Positions 11,061-24,355 are shown, counted from the stretch's first letter. The stretch: 64,000 nucleotides of DNA from Tubiluchus corallicola (GCA_030141605.1 JAQGDQ010000549.1:64794-128793); one strand, 5' to 3'. Numbers and translations are program-made. Notes: generated by a model from the sequence alone, not told the origin.

Positions 11061-11144
<84 letters not shown>

Positions 11145-11430
11145 GTGTTATTCTATAATTCTATAATACATGAAGACAGTACTATAAACAAAGGTGTACA
11201 TTTTACCAAAGCACCTTTATCTAATGTAATCAGGGGTCACCGGTTGAAGTTACAGCCCACTCACTGAAGACTTGATGGTTTTAAAACCTTTTTCTCAAAC
11301 AGAATAATCAAAATCTGGAATTAACTCCCTGAGTCTGTCGGTGGTGCCCCCATGATGTGTGCTCAGAGTAGCACACTTTTTAAAAAACCGTTTAAAAGAT
11401 GTAAATCTTAATAATCATTTCTCTTATAAC
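10495..11430 (+). mobile_element. CR1-type LINE 3' end (ORF2 C-terminus), interrupted by a ~540-bp insertion
   Basis: Reads ..DRLEF*NLEPLELRRIHCDLTM, then after the insert TKAPLSNVIRGHRLKLQPTH*RLDGFKTFFSNRIIKIWN*LPESV. This matches the CR1 ORF2 tail pattern LE.RR..DL / RGH..KL / FFSNR..WN.LP. ATGTG is duplicated at 10600-10604 and 11143-11147 around the insert. Confidence 0.8.
11007..11143. repeat. Compound microsatellite (AAT)n(AAC)n(TAT)n
   Basis: Directly visible; a (TA)n tract also lies at about 10880-10910. Confidence 0.95.
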
Positions 11431-11711
11431 AGACATATGTAGGTAACCTTGGCTCTGTGCTTTTATCGGTAATCGGTAATAAGCCACTTTATCTGTGAAA
11501 TTTATATCGGTGCTGTATATACGTTTTTCATATCTTATGCTATCTTGTAACTATTTTTAATATTTTTTAACAAAGTTTACGTATTAAACTTAAACGAACT
11601 CTTGCACGCTTCAGACAGGAACTGCAAGAACGGTGCAACGTGCAGTTTGATGCAGTAGTCTTGCTGTCAAGCAGTCAAGTCAGATAAGATGCTCTTTCAA
11701 TAGTTCATTAA

Positions 11712-12263
11712 AGGAAAGATTAAGCCTATTAAGCTTATTTCAATTTTAGATGGATTTAGTTTTAAAACGGTGATAAGCGCCTCGTGTAATTAGTAAAATA
11801 ATCAATTTAAAGTTGCGATCATTTGCGCGCTTCCATTTTGAACGCCTATTCTTCCGCCAGTGACGTCATTCATCTGCTGAAAAAAGCAGCGCAATGTCAG
11901 TTTACTTTAAAAGTGTAGTAAGTTTTTACAAAAAAATAGATAGCCAATACTGTGATATTTTTTGCATGAACGTTAGGTAAGTTGCAGAAGTTTGAATTAG
12001 TTTAAGCAGCGCGTGATAACAGAAAGCCTTACGAAAAGTCCCGAAATCCACCAGTTACGTCAAAACTTAGCATGAAAATTTTTATACAGTGGTAGTATAA
12101 ATAACTTTAAGCCTTATAAACAGTTTTTTTGCAAATTTCCTTATTACGTTTTCTGAATTTAAATGATAATCGCAGTAAAATAAACTCGAAAAGCCCAATA
12201 TGCTAAGTGACTTGGCCTTTAGGACGGCCTTCGGAAAGCTTCCCAGAAGGCTAGACTTGTCCT
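11712..12263. mobile_element. Kolobok-like non-autonomous DNA transposon, family B
   Basis: TTAA|AGGAAAG...GTCCT|TTAA, with TTAA at 11708-11711 and 12264-12267 and imperfect TIRs. Homologous to 35475-35977 and 41700-41851. Confidence 0.75.
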
Positions 12264-12519
12264 TTAATTTTACTCAGTCGTAATTTTAATTACATTAAAT
12301 TACTTTATTAAATCGACGTCAATCAACGAGATATAAGATCAAAAATAAAATGTTTAATTCTAGTTACCAGGGTTTACTTAAATTTCATATATACTAAGTT
12401 TTCTATACAATTTTAAACAAATTCTGGAGTGCTCAATTTTACATCTGTGAGCACAAGTGAGACGTCACTAACTTTACTGTAATAATGAGAATTCGCATAA
12501 TTGGAGACTTGAAGTTTAT

Positions 12520-12815
12520 TTATTTATTATTATTCGTTTTTACTTATTTATTAATCTTCAGAGTGCAATACACGAGTGACAAGGCAGTTAAAAAGTGAAA
12601 TAAAATAATAAAGAACTACTACAAAAACTAAAATAGCAACTTAGAAGTGTCTGTTAAAAAGTAAAAATTTGCTAAAATAAACATGACATAGCCGGTTTTT
12701 AAATAATTTTCAGTTGCCAGGATTTACAGTTGGAGCATCATTCACATGTGGTGGTAGTTTATTCCATAAATCTAATATTTCATTTTATTTCATGCGTAGC
12801 CTTTACAAACTGTTA
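12520..12815 (-). mobile_element. CR1/L2 LINE 3' fragment
   Basis: Minus strand encodes ILDLWNKLPPHVNDAPTVN (WN.LP motif), followed by an AATAAATAA-rich tail. Confidence 0.55.
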
Positions 12816-13254
12816 AACAGAAGAGAAAAATGGCGTGTCATCCATCTTAACCTTTCTAAAAACCAATTTGGAGCTGCATCGGACCAGGAAGAAAGAAAAT
12901 TCCATGTCCGGGGTGAAAAATTCGATTCCAATACCGCCATTTTTCATCTAGCAGTCGAGAATGAAATATTTGCGCCTTCTTCTGCGGGATGCCACTTCTT
13001 CTCCTCAGCATCCCGGCGCACGACTGGCGAAGACAAATTTGTAAAACTATTGAGGGCCTCTGTGAAGCCATTGAAATCTTTGTAAAGATCTTTGTGTTCC
13101 GTAAACTGAAGCCTTTGTGAATTTGTGTAACTGATCCATTCATCCTGAAGTCTTTAAACCACAAATTCAATACGGTTTTTCTGCGCGCATCACACTTTGG
13201 CGAGCGCACAATACGGGAAATCTTTTTCGATATCTTTTTCAGACGGAATTTAAT

Positions 13255-14142
13255 GTATATTCCATATCCTAAGTGTCAGGAGTTTCTTAATCTAAAGTCA
13301 TTAGAGGAGAGGCGCGTTCAGAGAGATTTAGCTTAATGCTGCCAGTTTATTCATAGAGATGTTGATGTTGATTTTGATAAAAAAAAATTTACCCGTGTAT
13401 CTTGCAAAAGAACAAGGCAAAATCATTTCTGAAGCTTCTCGTGCGTCAAACTGCTAAAGTATTGTGGCGGGTCGCAGGATTAAACCGTCACGGGCTTCAT
13501 GAAAATGTAGTGTATTGAATGTAAAATTGCCTAGGCCAATCAGAGCTCAGTTTTCTAGGCTAATTTTCTCGAGCGTGTAACCTGTTCTCGTAGATTCGAG
13601 GGCAGTGCGTTCTCGGCCATGTTCGGTTTCGGTTTCATTTTGTTTTTCTCTTCTTGGTTGCTGTTATTAAGTCAGTCGTGATTCAGTAATTTTTGGTTTC
13701 ACCCCTTGGTTTGCATTTCGACTCAACGCGTAAGTGTCAGCTTTAAACTGTTGCTAAGTGTTTCATTTTACTGTTTTTCTTTCTTTTCTTTTTTTATAAT
13801 TTTCCTTAATTATGTATCCTCGCTATCGTAGACGGCATCACAGTATCATTTGGTCAATTTTTCTTAAATCTAGTTTTAACTGATTTGGAATTCATTGTAT
13901 ATGTTGACGGTGCACCCCTCTTAACTGCACATATTATTAAGTTATTTAAAAGCCGCTTATATAAAATTAACTTATATAAAGTTTTTGTACATAATAGACA
14001 CACGTAAGCAGTTAATCTATTTGTGTCTTTACCACACTCTTGTAAATACGGATTTTGCATGATTTTTGCCAACGCGTTTTATATAATTGTCTTCACTATA
14101 GATTGTATTTTACTATTTGGGTGTGAAGAAAATAAAATAAAA
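13255..14142 (+). mobile_element. CR1-type LINE 3' end (second family), split by a solo LTR
   Basis: IPYPKCQEFLNLKSLEERRVQRDL..FIHRDVDVDF..RTRQNH..LKLLVRQTAKV | SFGQFFLN..WNSL..FKSRL, with stops and frameshifts, ending in AATAAAATAAAA. Confidence 0.75.
13463..13842. mobile_element. Solo LTR (380 bp) with a 4-bp TSD, probably Gypsy-type
   Basis: GTAT|TGTGGCG...CATCACA|GTAT: TGTG/CACA inverted termini, GTAT at 13459-13462 and 13843-13846. Removing it rejoins the CR1 reading. A CCAAT motif lies near 13536. Confidence 0.8.
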
Positions 14143-14832
14143 TTTTTTTTTATTTATCTGCAGAATGTTATGTAGATATAACCTGCACATAACCGTAACT
14201 AGATGATGGATAATTATATAAAGAATATCTGTAAATCTGTCAGAGTTCCATATGGGTTATTTCAGTTCACAAAATTGCGCTTTTTTCCATTCTTTCAATG
14301 TGACACAGCTTGTGTTACTTCCCCAGTAGTTAAGCAGCGCCATTCCTGGTTAGTAAACAGATGTGTTTGCACTAGCACTAGCAAAACTGAAAACCATTAA
14401 ATTTTCCAGAAAAGTCTATCTACAATATATCTACGCTTTCGGCTGTTTGCCTTGAGAATGGACATGCGACCAAACATGATTGTCACCTCTGTTGATTCAC
14501 TGTCTCAGAGGCTTAGATAGAGCCCAGTCCTGCCACACCTATAAACATAAAAGGTAGACTCTGTCGACGAGCAGCTTACCGACCTACGCGCTGCATAAGA
14601 CAACCACAAAGCTGTCGGTTCAAAACCCTCTGTGCATTTTTTTCCAAATCGTTTCTTTTCGATCAATTCCAAGTTTACATTTTCCAGTAATTATAGACAC
14701 GACATTTCTCAAATCAATCAATCATCAAGTCTCATTAGTCAGAGCATCTCTTGCTTGTAAGAAATCTGGATCTCATAGAGAGAGGGTATTCTGGGTTAAA
14801 ACAGTCACGCCGGTATAGAAAAACTCTACCGC

Positions 14833-15121
14833 CCTCTCGGCATACTAGAGAAATGACTCAAAGCTGTTCAGTACTGGTGCCATGTAGATGTTTGGTAAAG
14901 TACAGGTTGGTGCAGAAAAACCTTACCGTCCTCTCAGCATATTAGAAAAATGACTCAAAACTGTTCAATACTTGGTGCCGTGTAGATGTTCGGTAAAATA
15001 CAGGTTGGCGCAGAAAAACCCTACGGTCCTCTCCGCATACTAGAGAAATGACTCAAAGCTGTTCAGTACTGGTGCCGTGTAGAAGTTCGGTAAAATACAG
15101 GTTGGCGCAGAAAACCCTACC
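14833..15121. repeat. ~98-bp tandem repeat x3
   Basis: CTCTC.GCATA.TAGA.AAATGACTCAAA..TACAGGTTGG.GCAGAAAA three times. Confidence 0.9.
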
Positions 15122-15784
15122 GAATCGAAAAACTGGCTGGACAATTTTAATACTCTAATGAAAGGTCCCTACGCTGGCCAAGCTTCCTCTTTGTGTAACG
15201 TGTTTTACCTAAAGCAACGAAGTTTGGCTAACCATAAGACTGATGTTGAGAACTCCTTCGACAACCAAACTGAAATGTTTTGGTCATACTGGAACTTTCG
15301 GATGCGCGTGCAAAGGCATAATCATTGCCTGACAACCGTTGCCGTCTGAAAACAAATGTGAACGCGACCGGCACTCGAAAAACTATGTTAACGCAATAAT
15401 CCGTGTACCCGCCGGGAACACCGGGATCTAATGAAACAATCGCATTGTGGTACAGCCCGTGCCAGCTGTATGAATGTAGTTAAAACACAGCAGTGTACAG
15501 TCCCAAATGGCTTTATGTAGCTTAGCGGTTGTTGAAGCCATAAAACTGTCCTGTTGATTTGTTTGACTTGAAGATAAACGCTCGTAAAGATGAGGAAAAC
15601 TACAGCGTCATAAACCATGGAGTGATTAACGCTTTGTTTTAATAAATAATAAATCAATGGCAAATGATTCCCAGCTTCCAGGGAAAACAGTAATTTCCAT
15701 GTGGTGGCGTGAAAAATGTGTTCTGAAAGATTTATGTTGCGCCATTATGAAGTCGTAAATTAATTGCTATTGCGTTTATTTTTA

Positions 15785-16140
15785 GCTCTCGGTCTGGTTT
15801 AGCTGCTGTTGGGCCTGTTTTAAACACTATTAGGCCTGGTTTAGCAACGGTTAGGCCTGTTCTTAGTTGCTATTAGGCCTAGGCAACTATTATATTCATT
15901 CTTTGCTGCCATTAGGCCTATTCTTAGCTGCTGTTGGGCCTGTTTTAAGCACCATTAGGCCTGGTTTAGCAACGGTTAGGCCTGTTCTTAGTTGCTATTA
16001 GGCCTGTTCTTAGTTGCTATTAGGCCTAGGCAGATATTATATTCATTCTTTGCAACCATTAGACCTATTCTTAGCTGCTGTCAGGCCTGTTTTTAGCCAC
16101 TATTAGGCCTAGTTATTAAATTCATACTTTGCAGCCATTA
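15785..16140. repeat. Degenerate ~22-bp tandem repeat with AGGCCT core
   Basis: TTAGGCCTGTTCTTAGTTGCTA-type units, with larger blocks duplicated. Confidence 0.8.
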
Positions 16141-16513
16141 GGGGGATTACGGGAAGGTTAAATTCGTCCCCGAACTTTTGGGCTTTTAGAAAAAACACGT
16201 GGAATATTCCCGAATGATGACTTCATCAATCTGACAAAATTTTAACCTGATGAGTCAACTTCGGTGTTTGTTTAGTTTCCCACTAATCCAAAAATAAACA
16301 CATGCGGTTTTAGTTAGAAACAATAAAAATAGCATCAATACTCATTTTTGGAGGGCGATCTGTCAACAAGTTGCGCTGAATGTAAACAAGCAAATAAAAT
16401 AGAATCGTGCCGACGGCAATCCCAAAAATCAGTTCCCTTACAGGATAAGAAAATGCTGTTCATAAGTAAAGCTTAAAGAATTCGTCATTTTACATATATA
16501 TCAGTGGGAATTG

Positions 16514-17123
16514 AAGCAAAACCGAATCCATTCTTAAACTGTAGGTCAAAACAATCTACTTTTTAAAACATTCAAAGGAAACTTACTATTTTTCAAAAAG
16601 GACTTACGTGAAAGAATCATTACCACACAAATACAATTTCACGCTCTCGCCACTACTTCTTCCCTGTTACGTGCATTTCGCCATTCGTCAGTAGACGGGC
16701 ACTAGCCCCTGCATTTCGGAAACAAAAAATAGGTTAAATACCTGTAACTTCAGATGCGTTACTTTCTGACGAGCTACACACGTTAGACAGCTCATGCGTG
16801 AGCACAGCGGTAAATTTGAAATTTGAATTTTTTTCTGAAAACTTGCCTAGTTTTAGTACAACACACTGAATATCTTACAGTAGCACTGTACATCAATTTT
16901 CGCTTTCGCAAGCACGTGCAAAACGTTCGTGGAATATTTTTGTTATTGAAAATTATATTAGTTTGTGATGTCATCAATAGTTGGCCTCGCCCGTTGTTAA
17001 TTAAGTTTTTAATCTATTATTTAATTATCAGAAACGTTTTTGCAGTATTAATTCTATTAAAACGTATACTTTTTATCGGATCTGAAAATGGGGTAGTATA
17101 TGAAAAACCGTCCTGTCTTCTTT
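16514..17123 (+). mobile_element. Kolobok-like non-autonomous element, family A
   Basis: ~600-bp dispersed repeat with core TTAGTTTGTGATGTCATCAATAGTTGG.CTCG.CCG.GTTAATT; seven copies in the window. Better-preserved copies end in CCT|TTAA. Confidence 0.8.
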
Positions 17124-17520
17124 TGAAAAAAAACCTGGCGAAACGAGTTGGGCCATCGTTACTGCCGGGGGGGGGGGTTCGAGACATGCGTCGTTAACTT
17201 CCAATAGTTGATCCAAGGACGTGACGTAATCGTATGGAAGAAATGACGTCACAAAAATCTATTACAAAAAGCTATATTCACTAATTGACTAGAAAATCTT
17301 TACTCGCTTTGCGTCTATAGGTGAATAATTAACGAGCAAAGTGAATAATTAATATGAAGATTTCGGATCGTGTTAGAAGATGTAAAAGGTTTAATAGCTT
17401 CTGAATTCAAAGGCAACTGAGCAACTGTTCCTTGCTTAATTACTAAGCCACATCCTTGATGACGAGAAGCTGATGAATTAATGAGTAATTAGCATCAAGA
17501 GATAGTTCCCACAATTGGAC

Positions 17521-19885
17521 TGAGAGCACCTTCACGCATGAATCTCCCAGAACCACTAAACTTACCACCTTTATCAGCTCTTGATATGATTAAGAACAAC
17601 TTGACGAAAGAATCTCCTAAAATCACCAAACTTATCACTTTCATCAGCTCTTGATATGATTAAGAACACCTTCACGAAAGAATCTCCTAGGATCACTAAA
17701 CTTACCGCCTTCATCAGCTGTTGATATGATTAAGAACAAATTGACGAAAGAATCTCCTAGAATCTCTAAACTTATCACTTTCATCAGCTGTTGATATGAT
17801 TAAGAACAACTTGACGCACGAATCTCCCAGAATCACTAAACTTACCACCTTCATCAGCTCTTGATATGATTAAGAACAACTTGACGAAAGAATCTCCTAG
17901 AATCACTAAACTTACCATCTTTATCAGCTCTTGTTATGATTAGGAACAACTTGATGAAAGAATCTCCTAGAATCACTAAACTTACTACCTTCATCAGTTC
18001 TTGATATGATTAAGAACAACTTGACGAAAGAATCTCCTAGAATCACTAAACTTATCACTTTCATCAGCTCTTGATATGATTGAGAACACCTTCACGAAAG
18101 AATCTCCTAGGATCACTAAACTTACCGCCTTCATCAGCTGTTGATATGATTAAGAACAAATTGACGAAAGAATCTCCTAGAATCACTAAACTTATCACTT
18201 TCATCAGTTCTTGATATGATTAAGAACAACTTGACGAAAGAATCTCCTATAATCACTAAACTTACCACCTTCATCAGCTCTTGATATGATTAAGAATAAC
18301 TTGACGAAAGAATCTCCTAGAATCACTAAACATATCACCTTCATCAGCTCTTGATATGATTAAGAATAACTTGACGCACGAATCTCCTAGAATCACTAAA
18401 CTTACCACTTTCATCAGCTCTTGATATGATTAAGAACAACTTGACGCACGAATCTCCTAGAATCACTAAACTTACCACCTTCATCAGCTCTTGATATGAT
18501 TAAGAACATCTTCACGAAAGAATCTCCTAGGATCACTAAACTTACCGCCTTCATCAGCTCTTGATATGATTAAGAACAACTTGACGAAAGAATCTCCTAG
18601 AATCACTAAACTTACCATCTTTATCAGCTCTTGTTATGATTAGGAACAACTTGATGAAAGAATCTCCTAGAATCACTAAACTTACTACCTTCATCAGTTC
18701 TTGATATGATTAAGAACAACTTGACGAAAGAATCTCCTAGAATCACTAAACTTATCACTTTCATCAGCTCTTGATATGATTGAGAACACCTTCACGAAAG
18801 AATCTCCTAGGATCACTAAACTTACCGCCTTCATCAGTTCTTGATATGATTAAGAACAACTTGACGAAAGAATCTCCTAGAATCACTAAACTTATCACTT
18901 TCGTCAGCTCTTGATATGATTAAGAACAAATTGACGCGCGAATCTCCTAGAATCGCTAAAGTTACCACCTTCATCAGCTCTTGATATGATTAAGAACAAA
19001 TTGACGCGCGAATCTCCTAGAATCACTAAACTTATCACTTTCATCAGTTCTTGATATGATTAAGAACAACTTGACGAAAGAATCTCCTAGAATCGCTAAA
19101 CTTACCACCTTCATCAGCTCTTGATATGATTAAGAACAAATTGACGAAAGAATCTCCTAGAATCACTAAACTTATCACTTTCATCAGTTCTTGATATGAT
19201 TAAGAACAACTTGACGAAAGAATCTCCCAGAATCACTAAACTTACCACCTTCATCAGCTCTTGATATGATTATGAACAACTTGACGAAAGAATCTCCTAG
19301 AATCACTAAACTTACCACCGTCATCAGCTCTTGATATGATTAAGAACAACTTGACGAAAGAATCTCCTAGAATCACTAAACTTATCACTTTCATCAGCTC
19401 TTGATATGATTAAGAACAACTTCACGAAAGAATCTCCTAGAATCACTAAACTTACCACCTTCATCAGCTCTTGATATGATTAAGAACAACTTGACGAAAG
19501 AATCTCCTAGAATCACTAAACTTACCACCTTCATCAGCTCTTGATATGATTAAGAACAACTTCACGAAAGAATCTCCTAGGATCACTAAACTTACCACTT
19601 TCATCAGCTCTTGATATGATTAAGAACAAATTGACGAAAGAATCTCCTAGAATCACTAAACTTATCACTTTCATCAGCTCTTGATATGATTAAGAACAAC
19701 TTGACGAAAGAATCTCCTGGAATCACTAAACTTACCACCTTCATCAGCTCTTGATATGATTAAGAAAAACGTGACGCGCTAATCTCTTAGCAAACTTATC
19801 GCCCTGATCAACTCTTGATAAGTTCAAGAGCACCTTGGAGTACAAATCTCCTGGAGTCACCAAACTAACCACCTTAACCAACTCT
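17521..19885. repeat. 70-bp minisatellite array, about 32 copies plus degenerate edges
   Basis: Unit AATCACTAAACTTACCACCTTCATCAGCTCTTGATATGATTAAGAACAACTTGACGAAAGAATCTCCTAG, head-to-tail with no spacers. Confidence 0.97.
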
Positions 19886-20909
19886 TCGCCTTAACTGGAG
19901 AAATTCCTGTTAAAAGACGAAACGACCTTAATTTTTCCTTGGCTGACCGATTGGCTTTTCCCGGTACTCCAAGATTCTTCTCAATAGAACATTACCTAAT
20001 TTATAATCGTTTAGTTATGTCTGTACTCATACAGTACCAGAAAAGTCATAGGCCTTATAAAGCCTATTTTGAATGGTGAAGTCCGGAAGGAATTGATGAC
20101 ATGGATTTGATGTTTTTAAGAACTGCCCCTGTTGTCCAGTATTTTTTATACTGGTAGATAACAATGCCTTTAAATATGGAACTATTGGCTAAGCAATTTG
20201 AAACAGTGTTTTCCAAATGAAACGTTCTCTTATCTTAAAACCCACAACGCTGACGAAAATACATGAATTTGAAAACAGTTCTCTGCGGGCGAGAAGCTTT
20301 GGCGTGAGAACTACTTTATTGCACACCAACAGAATCACTTTATTGCACGAGGCGGCTGTTATAAATTGATAATGCCTGGAATTTCTCGGCACCTCAAACC
20401 CAGCTGGCCGGATTTCAATAAACAAAAACAACAACATGTTTTGATAACTTGAATTTTCATTAAAAACGTTGATAACGAAACAGTTTCATACACAATGTAA
20501 TTGACGTCTAATAAAAATGTTTTTGCTAAAATGCATCATGCTTTTTACACTATTAATTATAAACACAGATAAAAGATATAAAAGAGTCTTCTATCTTTAC
20601 AGCATTATTTATCAAAAATAGAAATTTCTTTCACATCTGCTATGCAATCAGTTGAAGGGTTAAACTCAGTTGAAAGGTCTAAAATTAAGTTCTATAATTA
20701 TTCTATTTATAGTTTCTCACAGACCATTATTACCTGTATTTTAATTTCTTTCTTATTTCAATAGAAAGACTTATTTCAGTCATTGAAACTATTTGGCACT
20801 TTGCCAGGAATTATAGGCGTATGTACGAGAAATGCTACGTTTGTTTTCCAAATAATGAAGCGTTTAGATCCTTCAACACTTTCACAGCCTATTACTTTTG
20901 AGTACTTAA

Positions 20910-21522
20910 AGGAAGACGGGGCGATTTTTCATATACAACCCCATTTTAAAAAATCCGAAAAAATACATTTTAACACAATTAATAGTGCAAAAGCGTTTCT
21001 GATAATTAAATAATAGATTAAAATCTGAATTAACGGCGGGCGAGCTCAACTATTGATGACATCACCAACTAACAAAATTTTTAACAACAAAAATATTCCA
21101 CGAGCGTGTTGCGTGTGTTTGCGAAAGCGAAAATTGAAGTACAGTGCTACTGTGAGATATTCAGTGTGTTCTACTGAAACTAGGCAAGTTTTAAGATAAA
21201 AATTCAAATATCAAATTTACCGTTGTGCTCATACATGAGTTGTCGAAACTGTGAAGTTCGTCACAAATTAACACATCAGAAGGGAAAGGTACAGTTCCTG
21301 TTTTTTTGTGCAATGCGTTTTTTTGATGCGCTAGTGCCCGTCTAACTAGCGAATGATGAAATGCATGTGACAGCGAAGAACTAGTGGCGCGAATGTAAAA
21401 TTGTGTTTGTCTGGTAATAATTCTTTCAAGTAAATCAAAAAAATAGTATGTTTCCTTTCAATATTTTTCCTTTTAAACACAGGATTGCTTTCACCTGCAG
21501 CTTGAGATTGGATCCGGTTTTG
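20910..21522 (-). mobile_element. Family A Kolobok-like element
   Basis: Reverse-complement copy; begins TTAA|AGGAAGAC at 20906-20917. Confidence 0.8.
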
Positions 21523-22459
21523 TATTGTATAAATTTATAGCCAAACTGTTTGTGGTGCGCTAGAGGTGCAGGCATTTCAGGAAACTTCTACTTGTGATGG
21601 TGAAACAGACTTCTCCTTTACGGAGTGGAAGTTTCTAAAATCATCAGTGCAGATTAGCAGACGATGTTAATGTGTTAGTTTAGTACATTTCCTGCAGATG
21701 TCGCTTTTTGCCGATTTGGTGACCATTAAAACGGAAAAGCTGCAGTTCGCTTGTTGAGGCTAATGAAGATAGAAATGTTATTCTTGCTTTTTACGTCTCA
21801 ACGCTGAAGAGTGAACGTTTCCTTCAAAACTTGGACATAAATTTCCTTTATTGAGGCTTGAAATCCTGGATAGAATGTTAAACGACGGTCGCCTCTTCCG
21901 AGAGGTAATCAAATAGCCGTTTGGTGGCGCTGCAGCTGAGCCCTGCATCCTGATGGCTTACTCACTGCTGGCTTCTGGGTTGAGAAAACTTAATTAACTA
22001 GAAGAATAACTGCTTGGCAGAGTTTATTCAACTTCTTAAAACTTTTTGCAAACATGGTCGTTACGAGAAGGAACAAATAAAGGACTTTATTACTATGGAA
22101 AGAGTTCATGCTAAACCGGAAGAGGATGTTAGGCAAGAAACGTCACAACGGAAACGGCGACTGTAATGCCAATGACATAAATAACGCAAAACAGCAAAAA
22201 AGTACGACAAAAGCCAATAACAACCCCCCCGCTTTTCGTTAAGATCTTAGAAAATGGAGAATCTTGCAGCCACCATTGTTCGAAAGGCAATTTCATTAAA
22301 TTATAGACGTATCAGACGAAAGTCGAGAACTTCTTACAATGACATATCATGTGTAACGTCTAAGATGTTCATACCTTCTACTGATGAGACGTAATTGGAT
22401 TAGAATTGCTAGTTTGTGGATTTTGACAGCGCTTAGTGCTAGAAGAATACAGTAAATAA

Positions 22460-22835
22460 GTATTTTCACAGTCATGCTATGCGCAAGTGCAGTTGCTGTA
22501 GGTCAAAGGTTAGGTGTACCACAACAATGCGTCTTAACTGCCACGTGACATGTGGGTAAAGTAAACCCGTGTGCAGCGTCAGTTCAGTAACTTCAGTTGT
22601 TTTACGTGGACTTAATTATGCATTAGTCTGTGCGCAGAGTGAATTACTAGTTGGATCTTACTTGGGAACAAGAAAAAATGAACTAGGTAAGGTTCTAACT
22701 ATCTGTTAAAACTGTTACTAGTACAATAGCATGTTCTGCGAGATGTTGTCAAGTGCACACAAATGCATTGTCTGGTACACTTAACCTTTCATCTTTTCAC
22801 GATCATCATCAATCGCTGGAACTGTGACAAAAGCT
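22460..22835 (+). mobile_element. MITE family D
   Basis: Inverted ends GGTCAAAGGTTAGGTGTACCAC..AATGCG / GCATTGTCTGGTACACTTAACCTTT; homologous to the copies at 26605, 52525, 55150 and 57013. Confidence 0.7.
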
Positions 22836-23373
22836 TGTTCTGAGGCAAAGGTACATTATATTTCAACCGCTATGACGGTGTTGGGAAATTTGTGACATTG
22901 CTGGAAAATAAAGCCACTTAATCCGAGTTTTTGTCAGTGTAACCAACGAAGTATTCAAAAACTAGAAATACTAAACTGAAATGTAAATGGGTCGCGTATT
23001 GTATACTTCTATGCCCTTTTCCGGTTTTCAGTAATGGCGCGTTCAGACTAGCGAATTTTTTGTCCAGAGTTTTCTCTCTGACTGCAAATTTGTAAGTGTG
23101 AACTCCTTTGCGAGTTACTATCGACAAGTTACTGCAAACTCTCCAACAGTTACTGCGAGTTGATTTGCTGTCCAGTGTGAACGCCTGGGGGAGTTACTCT
23201 CGACACACCTTCCATTGAATAGAGAAATGAGTGTTACCTCTTTGCTTCGGAAAGTAACTCACAGTAAGCTTTGCTCTCTGGTCTGCACACGCTTGCGAGT
23301 TACCTGGTAAATTTAAGTTGGTGACAAAATTCGCTGGTCTGAAACGCCGCAAAGATGAGAAGCGTTTCTTATT

Positions 23374-23750
23374 AATTATTTATTATTATTATTATTATTA
23401 TTGTTATTGTTATTGTTATTGTTATTGTTATTGTTATTGTTATTGTTACTGTTACTGTTACTGTTACTGTTACTGTTACTGTTACTGTTACTATTACTAT
23501 TACTATTACTATTACTATTACTATTACTATTACTATTACTATTACTATTACTATTACTATTACTATTACTATTACTATTACTATTACTATTACTATTACT
23601 ATTATTATTAATATTATTATTATTACTATTTCTACTATTATTACTACTACTATTACTTTTACTATTACTATTACTGTTACTGTTACTGTTACTTTTGTTA
23701 TTGTTGCTGTTGTTGTTGTTATTATTATTATTATTAATTATTGATTATTA
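23374..23750. repeat. Compound microsatellite (TAT/TGT/TAC hexamer series)
   Basis: Directly visible; explains the poly-L/Y/C ORFs. Confidence 0.95.
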
Positions 23751-24139
23751 AATTGTAATTTTGAATCAGAATTTGTACAGTGAACAGCTGCTAACTGAAA
23801 TTCAAGTTGAGTTTTAATACCTCCATAAGAATAACCTACATAAGTTTATGAGAACTCACAAAGGAAATCAACACGCACAAATCTGCAAGATTACGCGGTC
23901 TTTGTATTTAAACAATGATAGTTTAAACTAATATTGGCCTTCAGTGGCGGTGAATTTATGCGCATGATACTAGTCCGCGACGCTTAGACTTACGCACGAT
24001 TTCTGCTTGTTTGCACGACCTAAACAGGTCACAATTTATGTCATTTTTTGAAAGAATTACAAACAAAGCCAGTTCATTCAATAAATATCTGATTTTTTTA
24101 ACATTCAGTAAAACGTGTAAAGTTTAAAACAGCCTCACA

Positions 24140-24355
24140 CAACGATGACGATGACGATGATAGTGAAGATGATGATGATGATGATGGTGGTGACAATATT
24201 GTTGAATTGCTGATAACGATGATGATGTTGATGATGTTGATGACAATATTGTTGAATTGCTGATAATGATGATGATGTTGATGATGATGACGGTGACTAT
24301 GATGATTAAGATGGTGGTGAGGATGATGACGACGATAACGATAATGGTGGCGATG
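24140..24355. repeat. (GAT)-rich low-complexity tract with an internal duplication
   Basis: GACAATATTGTTGAATTGCTGATAA occurs twice among GAT repeats. Confidence 0.8.

Noticed and set aside
12856-13209. Overlapping 117-123 aa ORFs between two LINE fragments
   Set aside because: No recognisable domain; possibly TE-derived, but I cannot support a call.
17521-19885. 70-bp and 44-bp (36948-38462) arrays as CRISPR-like arrays
   Set aside because: Head-to-tail monomers with point variants only, no unique spacers, no cas genes, and a eukaryotic context.
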